Assembly (NCBI GenBank): GCA_964441165.1
Contig: CAYTUH010000002.1
Span: 1 to 30,973 of the forward strand
Direction of reading: 5' to 3'
DNA: 30,973 nucleotides
From: an uncultured Syntrophaceae bacterium
GTDB lineage: Bacteria > Desulfobacterota > Syntrophia > Syntrophales > UBA2210
Of the stretch, positions 1 through 7,807 are shown in pieces. Numbering within the stretch: the first letter of the stretch is position 1; every line of letters starts with the position of its first letter. The notes below the pieces were generated by a model. It saw only the letters and a program-made list of their open reading frames with translations. It made no database searches and had not been told where the DNA came from. Position numbers and translations under genes: made by a program.

Positions 1-1397
1 GGGATAAGGGTTGAAAAAATTTGAAAATCGGGAACAGAGTGGACATGAATCAGCTGATATGGTTTTTTAAAATGTTGTATTGATAAAAAAAATGATGAAA
101 CAATAAAAAATCTTAACAGGGAATATAAATAAGCAAACTTCGATTTTTCAGCCACTTGTCTTTCTTGCAGGTGGTATATGTTTACTCCATTTAATTCGGT
201 CCGTAATGGCTGTCCCGGACTTTTTAAAACTATCACAGCGAGTTGATCACCGCGCTGTACTAACGTTTGAGCATATCGTCTTATCCGTGCAGCAGATTCA
301 GGAAAAGAATGCGCCTTCCGCGACGCCGGGCACCAGGTCACGGAATTCGACCACCCGCTGGCTATCACATCGATTTGATCACCTCGCTGTACTAACGTTT
401 CAGCATATCGTCTTATCCTGGCATCAGATTCATAAAAAGAATGCGCCACCATGCAGGTACGGATTTTCTTTCTATCGGTTGTTATTTTGTGTGAATAATT
501 TTCAGACCAGAAACCGGCTATTTCTTTCGGCAATGGATTCCAGTACTGGCCTTCGTATGCACTCTTGACATAATTTAGAAATTCTTCGTAATAGTCTGCC
601 GGATACTCCTCCAGTTCACATTTTTTATTCATGAAATTCATATAGTCCGGATGGGTATTCAGAAGCGCCATCCCGCCATGCCGGGCTATCCAGTCCAGTT
701 TTCGCTTCCATATTTCGATGCTCCTTTCTCTCATGAGGACGAACAATGTGAAGTCCTGAGGAATCGTATAGGGAAGTTCGACATAGCCATGCATATTCAC
801 ATTTGTCCGTATCCATAATGGAAAAATGGTCTTGACACCGTCCGGTTGCGGTTCAAAGGGATCGGTATCAAAGGTGGAGGTTCCATGGGTTATTTCCAGC
901 CCCTGCATCCACTCCAGATTATGATGCATCGAGGGAGAGGTGAATCCCGTGGCACTCCATGATTTGAGATAATGATTGATACGGACGGCTCGTTCTTCAA
1001 ATATCTTTCTCGACAGAAACAACTTTCCGTCATGTTTCAAACCATGAACGCCTATCTCGAATCCCCTCTCACTGAGCAGATCGCACAACGACTGCGAAAT
1101 GCGATACCTTTCAGGGACAAAATTAAAGGAAGACCTGAAACTCATCCTTTCCTCGAGGGTCATCAAATTGTAACAAAGGTCATGACCCTTCTGCGTGTCG
1201 ACATCATGCTGCAGCACCAGGGCGAATCGTTTCTGCCCGGGCCATCCCGGCCAGTCATCGGGCTGCTTGGACGCATCATGGTCTATGGGCCAGATGTCAT
1301 CAACAACCCGCCTTTTTCTCATGACCATTTCCCGCCTTAAAGCGATCTGGATCCCCCTGGGGATAAAAGGTTTTAACGTATAGTAGAGTGTTGTCAT
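1..1397 (-). CDS. Polysaccharide deacetylase-like domain fused to a GT4-type glycosyltransferase; 3' end runs off the window
   Basis: Hand translation from ATG 1397 is stop-free to the window edge. Deacetylase-like motifs: KRFALVLQHDVDT, GFEIGVHGLKHDGKLF, STFDTDPFEPQPDG, VELPYTIPQD, LNTHPDYM. GT4 N-terminus follows: CMVAHSFYESDARIRRYAETLVQRGD...LIHVHSVPDF. Not in the ORF track, probably because its stop lies outside the window. Confidence 0.85.
   Translation of the reverse strand, partial: MTTLYYTLKPFIPRGIQIALRREMVMRKRRVVDDIWPIDHDASKQPDDWPGWPGQKRFALVLQHDVDTQKGHDLCYNLMTLEERMSFRSSFNFVPERYRISQSLCDLLSERGFEIGVHGLKHDGKLFLSRKIFEERAVRINHYLKSWSATGFTSPSMHHNLEWMQGLEITHGTSTFDTDPFEPQPDGVKTIFPLWIRTNVNMHGYVELPYTIPQDFTLFVLMRERSIEIWKRKLDWIARHGGMALLNTHPDYMNFMNKKCELEEYPADYYEEFLNYVKSAYEGQYWNPLPKEIAGFWSENYSHKITTDRKKIRTCMVAHSFYESDARIRRYAETLVQRGDQIDVIASGWSNSVTWCPASRKAHSFPESAARIRRYAQTLVQRGDQLAVIVLKSPGQPLRTELNGVNIYHLQERQVAEKSKFAYLYSLLRFFIVSSFFLSIQHFKKPYQLIHVHSVPDFQIFSTLI
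230..447. repeat. Imperfect direct repeat, 86 bp x2 (230-315 and 362-447), period 132 bp, 46 bp spacer
   Basis: Hand alignment gives 77/86 identity; the repeat is in frame within the GT4 domain. Confidence 0.95.
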
Positions 1398-1451
1398 ACT
1401 TATCTATGGTTGCCTTGATTCAGCGGTTGATGCGTGCAGTTCGGTTCATTC

Positions 1452-2510
1452 CTATCCGACATGTCTGTACAATAGTTTGCCCGAAAGCCTTAATAAAGGT
1501 GCGGGCATTTTGCTGAATATCATTTTATAGAGAGAGTCGGTTCTTCCCGTGTCTTTCACAAAGGCGTGCGTTTTGAGATCGTAGACATAATAATTTATTA
1601 CGTTTTCTTCCGTTCCCCAGCCCAATTTGTATTGCCTGAGTCCATGATTGTCCCTGTCGGTTCTTCCTAAACAGAGGCTTTCATAGCGATGGTGGGAGTA
1701 ATATTTTATCGCCTCCCACATGACGAGGTGATTCGCTCTCATGGCCTGATACCGTCTATCCGAAGCACCATATTTGTAGAGTGCCTTCACGCCGAAACAG
1801 AAAAAAACGGCACCGGCTATTACCCTTTCTCCAAGAAAGGCAAGGGCGACAAAGCCTTTACCCGTGGACAAAATGGAACCATGTACTTTTCTAAAAAACT
1901 TGAATGGTTGTGGAGGCAGACCGTGAAGTTTTCTTGTCAGACAGTTAAGCTCGTAAAACTCGGCTATTGATTTCAATGAATGGGAAAAGCTGATCGTGAC
2001 GCCCGCTTTTTTCGCTTTTTGTATATTTCTCTGCATATTGTCTCTAAAACTGCTGAATATCTGTTTTTCATCACCTGTGAGTTCGATAGTATGGCCATAG
2101 TAATAACGCGATGGTTTCTCGTCTTCAAGAAAGTGAGAGCCGCCTCTCAATTCAATATATCTCCACCTTCTTTCTTTCCCATAAGCTATTATCCGACTGA
2201 AGACATCGTTAAATTGCTCTTTGTCCTCCATTATGAGTTCACAATAGTCGGTAAAAGGTAAGGAGACTCCTCGTCTGCCTGTAAGAATGCTGTCAACTTC
2301 CATCACAGGAATCACCCCCCTCAGTCGTCTATTCTGGAACAGGGAAAAGTAGAGGGGCTTGTAGTGGTAGGACGCACTCAATGTAACGGCCCAGGCAGAA
2401 GTAAGGAAGAAACCGGCGTCCCGGTGTCCCTCTATTATTGTGTCCCACCCATTACAATCGGCAGGATTGACAATCTCGATGCGAACCCCTCTATCGGTCA
2501 TATTTTTCAT
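1452..2510 (-). CDS. FemAB-like GNAT-family protein (type found in PEP-CTERM EPS loci)
   Basis: 352 aa with GRRGVSLPFTDYC, YIELRG, KALYKYGAS, ANHLVMWEAI, LGRT..N.GL.QYK.GWG; EPS context. Confidence 0.85.
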   Translation of the reverse strand: MKNMTDRGVRIEIVNPADCNGWDTIIEGHRDAGFFLTSAWAVTLSASYHYKPLYFSLFQNRRLRGVIPVMEVDSILTGRRGVSLPFTDYCELIMEDKEQFNDVFSRIIAYGKERRWRYIELRGGSHFLEDEKPSRYYYGHTIELTGDEKQIFSSFRDNMQRNIQKAKKAGVTISFSHSLKSIAEFYELNCLTRKLHGLPPQPFKFFRKVHGSILSTGKGFVALAFLGERVIAGAVFFCFGVKALYKYGASDRRYQAMRANHLVMWEAIKYYSHHRYESLCLGRTDRDNHGLRQYKLGWGTEENVINYYVYDLKTHAFVKDTGRTDSLYKMIFSKMPAPLLRLSGKLLYRHVG

Positions 2511-2580
2511 GACAGGAAAAAATTGCTGAATATCCGTTCATCTTTGAGTGATTATTCCTTCATCAACATATGTGACAACT

Positions 2581-2645
2581 CTGCCTTGCTCAGGAAGGCA
2601 GGGATCCGGGATTCGGCTGGATGCCGGATCAAGTCCGGCTTGTCA
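2581..2645. repeat. REP-like palindromic element(s) in an intergenic gap
   Basis: Hairpins CTGCCTT..AAGGCAG (2581-2601) and GCCGGA-TCAAG-TCCGGC (2623-2639). CTGGATGCCGGATCAAGTCCGGC resembles dispersed palindromic repeats of the GTCATGCCGGACTTGATCCGGCATCCAG type, recognised from memory; one copy in this window. Confidence 0.5.
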
Positions 2646-2836
2646 TTTGATGTGTTTGATTGGCGGAGTAATGATACAACGAGGCTTGATAAAAACGTCG
2701 GGACTATTCTGCTCGTTTTTACGGCCAGATGATACAGCTTCGCCCCCTCGGTTACATTGACCGTCTAAATCCGCACGCCATGATCCGAAAAGATACCGAT
2801 GCAACTGTCCATCAGGCATGACCCGACCATTCGGTG

Positions 2837-3946
2837 TCAGTCCTGAAAAAACGCCCTCACCTCTTGAGCAACATGTGCGATTTGAACATGAGAAAGCTCG
2901 GGATACATGGGAAGTGAGAGGAATTCATCAGCACATTTTTCGGCTATGGGAAACATCCCCCGTTTTAGTCCAAGATGCCTGTAGGCATCCTGCAGATGAA
3001 TGGGAAGGGGGTAGTGAATGCCGCAATATATGCTTTTCTCTGCAAGTCCTTTCAGAAGTTCGTCGCGGTGGTTTGTCCGAATCGCGTAAATGTGATAGAT
3101 GTGGTGTGTATATTCAGCTTCCTGCGGCGGTATGATACCGTCCGTTCCTGACAAAAGGTCGTTATATAAACGGGCGTTTTTTCTTCGGCTTTCGTTCCAT
3201 GACGTAAGATGTTTCAATTTCGTGCTCAGGATGGCGCCCTGAATGCCGTCCATACGGGCGTTCCATCCCACCATTGTGTGCTGATATTTCACCGTCTGAC
3301 CATGATCGCGAAACATCTTCATCGCATGTGCCAGATTTTCGTTATTTGTCACGATGGCTCCGCCTTCACCGTAGGCACCGAGATTTTTGCCCGGATAGAA
3401 ACTGAAGGCACCCGCATCTCCCATTGCCCCCGCCTGTTGCTTTCCCTTGTAAAGGGCCCCATGGGCCTGGCAGGCATCCTCGATGACAGGAAGCCCGTAT
3501 TTTTCGGCAATCGCGATGATCGGATCCATGTCAGCCATCTGGCCGAAAAGGTGAACGGGAATAATTGCTCTGGTCTTCGAAGTAATGGCCGACTCGACCA
3601 GGGAAGGGTCCATGGTATACGTATGGGGTGATACATCGACAAAGACGGGTGTGGCACCGCAGAAACTGATTGCCTCGGCAGTGGCGATGAATGAATTCGG
3701 TACGGTTATCACTTCATCGCCGGGACCGATTCCGAGCATGATAAGCGGGATCCAGAGCGCCTCGGTTCCGCTCCCGACGGCCACGGCATATTTACAGTGA
3801 CAGAAGGTAGCGAAATCCTTTTCAAACTGTTCGACAAAGGGCCCTCCGGCAAAGGCTGTTTCGTCGATAACCCTGGTAATGGCTTCGTTTATCTCGTCTC
3901 GTATTGATTCATACTGCAACTTCAGATCAAGAAACGGTACGCGCAC
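2837..3946 (-). CDS. DegT/DnrJ/EryC1/StrS PLP-dependent sugar aminotransferase (WbpE/WlbC-like)
   Basis: PVHLFGQ, IEDACQAHGA and FSFYPGKNLGAYGEGG (PLP lysine) motifs. Confidence 0.95.
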   Translation of the reverse strand: MRVPFLDLKLQYESIRDEINEAITRVIDETAFAGGPFVEQFEKDFATFCHCKYAVAVGSGTEALWIPLIMLGIGPGDEVITVPNSFIATAEAISFCGATPVFVDVSPHTYTMDPSLVESAITSKTRAIIPVHLFGQMADMDPIIAIAEKYGLPVIEDACQAHGALYKGKQQAGAMGDAGAFSFYPGKNLGAYGEGGAIVTNNENLAHAMKMFRDHGQTVKYQHTMVGWNARMDGIQGAILSTKLKHLTSWNESRRKNARLYNDLLSGTDGIIPPQEAEYTHHIYHIYAIRTNHRDELLKGLAEKSIYCGIHYPLPIHLQDAYRHLGLKRGMFPIAEKCADEFLSLPMYPELSHVQIAHVAQEVRAFFQD

Positions 3947-3977
3947 GTCAATCCCTCCCTGATGAAAGTCCGAACTC

Positions 3978-4466
3978 TCAGTACGGCAGTTCTTGTATCG
4001 TTTTCAGCACTCTCGCGGGGTTACCGGCGACAATCGTATTCGGCGGCACGCTCTTCGTGACAACACTACCGGCTCCTATGATTGCATTTTCACCGATGGT
4101 CACCTTACTCAGGATTGTGGAACCTGATCCTATGGAAGCACCCCTCCTCACCATTGTCGGTTCAACCTGCCAATCCGCTTCAGACTGCAATGAGCCGTCG
4201 GGATTCGTGGCTCGGGGATATGTGTCATTGATAAACGTCACATTGTGTCCTACAAAGATATTATCCTCCATCACCACTCCTTCGCAGATGAAGGTGTGGC
4301 TTGAAATTTTGCAATTGCTGCCGATCTTCGCATTTTTCTGAATCTCAACGAAGGCGCCGATCTTCGAGTGATCACCAATGGAACACCCGTACAGATTGAT
4401 ATATTGTGATAACTTTACATTGCTGCCGAGCTTCACATCATCGGTAATTGACTGAAAGGTCTTCAT
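3978..4466 (-). CDS. Hexapeptide-repeat sugar N-acetyltransferase (WbpD/WlbB-like)
   Basis: IGAFVEIQKNAKIGSNCKISSHTFICEGV, GASIGSGSTIL, VAGNPAR. Start moved to ATG 4466, which forms an ATGA overlap with the upstream stop at 4463-4465. Confidence 0.92.
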   Translation of the reverse strand: MKTFQSITDDVKLGSNVKLSQYINLYGCSIGDHSKIGAFVEIQKNAKIGSNCKISSHTFICEGVVMEDNIFVGHNVTFINDTYPRATNPDGSLQSEADWQVEPTMVRRGASIGSGSTILSKVTIGENAIIGAGSVVTKSVPPNTIVAGNPARVLKTIQELPY

Positions 4467-5464
4467 ACATTCACGGCCCTTCCCATTTGCCTCAACGATT
4501 GCGTTGCCGCCTCCAGTAGCTGCACGACTCTCAACCCTGCCTGTCCGTCGTTTACCGGAGTTACCCCGTTCATCACGCATTCGATGAAATAATCCGCCTC
4601 CACCGCCAGCGCTTCCATCCGGTCAATCCTGGGGATCCAGACATCCCCGGAGCGGTAGTTGACCAGGAGGTCATGAATACTTTCCCTGGAACTCACGTGA
4701 ACGCCGCGATCGTACACTTTTATCTTTTCATCGGCATCGAGATCGTTCCAGACCAGCATTTTCTTGTCGCCGCTGATCAATATGTTCCTGACCTTCACCG
4801 GAGAGAGCCAGTTGACATTGAAATGGCCGATCATACTGTTGGAGAAAAAGACGGTCACGAAGGCGGTATCCTCATGGGAATTCAGGTGCGCACTACCCGT
4901 GGCGACAATCGCTCGCGGATTCTCGTCAATGACATAATCCATGATCGACAAATCGTGGGGAAGCAGATCCCACAAGACATTAATATCATGCTGAAAAAGG
5001 CCGAGATTCACCCGTGTGGAGTCAAAATAGTAGAGGTTCCCCAAGACATTTTCCGAAATGATTTCCCTGATTTTTTTTACCGCACCCGTAAAAAGGAAGG
5101 TGTGATCGACCATAATCGTGAGGTGCTTTTTTTCGGCCAGATCGATAAGCTCTTTTGCCTGGGCAACAGTTGAAGCAAAGGGTTTCTCAATGAAAACATG
5201 TTTCCCGTTTTCAAGAGCCTTTTTTGCCAGTTGATAATGGGTAAATACCGGAGTCACGATTGCGACAGCATCGATGTCGACGGCAGTAAGAACGTCGTCA
5301 CAATCCGACGACAGCTTGACATGAGGATATGACTTTCCTGCCTTGCGGAGCCGTTCCTTGTCACAATCACAGATGCAGACGACTTCCGATCCCTCGGCAA
5401 TACTGAAGTTACGGACTATATTAGGACCCCAGTAACCGTAACCAATGACTGCAATCCTAAGCAT
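4463..5464 (-). CDS. Gfo/Idh/MocA NAD-dependent oxidoreductase (WbpB/WlbA-like)
   Basis: IAVIGYGYWG Rossmann motif, HVFIEKP, DLLPHD. Start taken at ATG 5464, preceded by GGAGGG. Confidence 0.93.
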   Translation of the reverse strand: MLRIAVIGYGYWGPNIVRNFSIAEGSEVVCICDCDKERLRKAGKSYPHVKLSSDCDDVLTAVDIDAVAIVTPVFTHYQLAKKALENGKHVFIEKPFASTVAQAKELIDLAEKKHLTIMVDHTFLFTGAVKKIREIISENVLGNLYYFDSTRVNLGLFQHDINVLWDLLPHDLSIMDYVIDENPRAIVATGSAHLNSHEDTAFVTVFFSNSMIGHFNVNWLSPVKVRNILISGDKKMLVWNDLDADEKIKVYDRGVHVSSRESIHDLLVNYRSGDVWIPRIDRMEALAVEADYFIECVMNGVTPVNDGQAGLRVVQLLEAATQSLRQMGRAVNV

Positions 5465-5483
5465 TTTTCCCTCCCTTGCATCT

Positions 5484-6614
5484 CTAATATGCGCCTTTAC
5501 CAAGCAAGACGACCCAGGGCGTCTTTATAATGATCTTTATATCAAGCCAGAGAGACCATTCCCGAATGTATTTAAGGTCCAGGCGTACCATTTCATCGAA
5601 ACTACAGGAGCTTCTGCCGTTGACCTGCCAGAGTCCCGTAATACCAGGTTTAACTTCAATGATACGTCTCATGTGCCAGAGTTTGTAGTGGTCACACTCA
5701 TAGGGTATGGGAGGTCGCGGTCCCACAAGAGACATATCGCCTTTCAGTACATTGATGAATTGCGGTAGTTCGTCGATGCTCGATTTTCGTAAAAACCGGC
5801 CGAGGCTGGTGATTCTCGTATCATCCTTCATCTTGTAAATGCCTCGTGGTCCAATCGCACCATCACCTTCACCATTGATAAGATGTCTGACATATTCCTG
5901 ATGGCAGCGGGGGCTGCAGTCTTCGTACATGGTTCTGAATTTCAGAAAGGTAAATCGTTGCCCCAGAAACCCTGCACGTTCCTGCCTGAAAAATATCGGC
6001 CCCTTCGAGGAAATCTTGATCAGGATTGGTACGACAAGTAAAAAGGGAGAGAAAATGACGAGGCCCACAAGGCTTCCGGCAACATCCATGAATCGTTTCA
6101 TGCAATAGGATATATTGCCGTGACTGTTCTTCCTGACCGCCTCGGGATAGAAAAGCTTTACCGATCCCGTTCCACTGCCCCCGTTATCCCTCTCAGGAAA
6201 CCAGGATTCGCAAAACTTGATCTGGTCGACATATTGTTTTTCCAGTACTGCGGACAAAGAAGTTTTTATGCGGCATGATATGGTGCTGTGAACTGTTTCG
6301 TTTCGTTCACCCGTTTCGGTAAAAAGGATTCCGATGACCGTCCCCTTTGAATACCACCCCTTTACATCAGTCTCTCGTGTCGTGCAGGACAATTGATCTG
6401 CTATCTTTTTTACTATTTTTTTCCTACACTCATCACTGACATCCCGAATGTCAATAGACATTAGAAGAAAGGGCCGGGCCGACCGCTCCGTTCGCTTTCT
6501 CTCCAGACGAAGCATATCCCGGAAATAATCTTCGTCATGCAGCCGGAGGTCAAGATAGGCATGACCGTTCGAAATAATATTATTTCTTTTTATTTCTTGA
6601 ATTAGTCTCATCAT
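5484..6614 (-). CDS. Priming sugar transferase (Bac_transf, WcaJ/PssA-like C-terminal domain) with an N-terminal degenerate GGDEF-like domain
   Basis: C-terminal KRFMD, one TM helix, FLKFRTM, DTRIT.LGRFLRKSSIDELPQF.NVLKGDMSLVGPRP, KPGITGLWQV. N-terminal YFRDMLRLERKRTERSARPFLLMSIDI..RETDVKGWY. Confidence 0.92.
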   Translation of the reverse strand: MMRLIQEIKRNNIISNGHAYLDLRLHDEDYFRDMLRLERKRTERSARPFLLMSIDIRDVSDECRKKIVKKIADQLSCTTRETDVKGWYSKGTVIGILFTETGERNETVHSTISCRIKTSLSAVLEKQYVDQIKFCESWFPERDNGGSGTGSVKLFYPEAVRKNSHGNISYCMKRFMDVAGSLVGLVIFSPFLLVVPILIKISSKGPIFFRQERAGFLGQRFTFLKFRTMYEDCSPRCHQEYVRHLINGEGDGAIGPRGIYKMKDDTRITSLGRFLRKSSIDELPQFINVLKGDMSLVGPRPPIPYECDHYKLWHMRRIIEVKPGITGLWQVNGRSSCSFDEMVRLDLKYIREWSLWLDIKIIIKTPWVVLLGKGAY

Positions 6615-7539
6615 TTATCACAAAACCCTGCGATAAAAACGTATTCCGGGACAATCACCGATGTCCCAGACATTTAATTCATGGTCTCGATACACAAATG
6701 ATTCTAATTGACAGATTGGGCGTACAACCCCCTGCGCACTGGAATTCTTGCGGATCAGGGAAGTATCAAATTGCATGCGATTGGACGACGAGATGTGAGA
6801 ACGGCCATTACAATAGAAGGATAACGCGTAATTCCCTCTCATGCAGGAATTGAGAGAGTGCGGAAAAAAGAAAGGGATGCCCTCTGCCGCGAATCAGTGC
6901 CACATAATTCTCAGCCAGGAATACCTTCAGGTTTCACTGCGTGTGATTCACAAAAGACACTGGAATTATAGTATGCTTCAACGTACCAACATACCGTTCC
7001 AAGATGAAATGATTATGGATAACGATTCTGCTGTTGTCTCTGAATTTGAATATACAACTTTCCCTTCCAGAAAACGGAAGCCCGGAGAAGATGAAAAACC
7101 AATCTACAGTTCCGGATTGAATTGCAGGCGAACCATCGCCAGGATCAACCTGTCGATTCAGGGTAATACGGAACGCCTCCTTGACAATTCGTCTTTCAAC
7201 TTTCTGCTATAAAAGAACCGTGGTTGTAAAGCCACCCGATAAAGTCCTACCGGGGTATTATATTTATATCCTTGACTGAAGGCCCGGGACACGCAACAAC
7301 TCATTTCTTCAATCGTCAAACCGTGGCGCTACGTCCATCTTTTCTGCATTCGCGCAACAAGTACTGTATTGCTTTCTGATCTTGAGCCTTGTCTTTGTAT
7401 ATTCAATTTTAGAAACAGAGATTATATTTGTGCACCTTATGGTGACAATTACGGAAACAAATTAAACATATTTTCAATCTGATTTATCTGAACCTATACA
7501 TACCCCCAAAAATGTATAGGCTTTCAGTTGCATGTTGAA

Positions 7540-7552
7540 AATCAAACAGTTA
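7540..7552 (+). promoter_or_regulatory. IHF-consensus site
   Basis: AATCAAACAGTTA matches WATCAANNNNTTR exactly and lies in AT-rich intergenic DNA. Confidence 0.45.
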
Positions 7553-7597
7553 CGTTTAAATTGTTAAAAGGTACTGCCATATTGAAAAAGAGTTTTC

Positions 7598-7626
7598 AGA
7601 ATAAAGAAGTTTTAATACAAAGTCAA
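7598..7626 (-). promoter_or_regulatory. Putative sigma-70 promoter facing the sugar-biosynthesis genes
   Basis: Minus-strand TTGACT-N17-TATTCT; AT-rich DNA raises the chance of a random match. Confidence 0.35.
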
Positions 7627-7807
7627 TAAAAAATTGACAACTTTTTGTATTAATATGGTTTTTCGTAATGCCTGCATTTGATTTTGACTATACTAAACTA
7701 TAACTTTGCACCCTATTCTATCCACTCGCACCACTAAAAACCACTTCATCGCATTGTAATATTGGCAGTGAAAAATCAGGTGATTTGACGGCTGCCACCG
7801 CCTCTTT

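Noticed and set aside
206-1383. ORF-track calls 206-568, 625-816, 972-1340 and 1195-1383
   Set aside because: They are shadows of the real minus-strand deacetylase-GT4 gene and carry no motifs of their own.
3978-4580. Longer 200-aa version of the acetyltransferase
   Set aside because: The extra 38 residues overlap the oxidoreductase 3' end; the ATGA-coupled start at 4466 fits better.
6889-6902. Sigma-54-like TGGCAC...GC on the minus strand
   Set aside because: Spacing is GG-N9-GC, not the required N10.
6618-7212. Small ORFs 6618-6842 (-) and 6841-7212 (+)
   Set aside because: No recognisable motif or convincing RBS; they cannot be supported without homology data.
7795-7802. ops/JUMPstart-like GGCGGTGG on the minus strand
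   Set aside because: It mismatches GGCGGTAG, lacks the downstream TG, and no RfaH/UpxY gene is in view.
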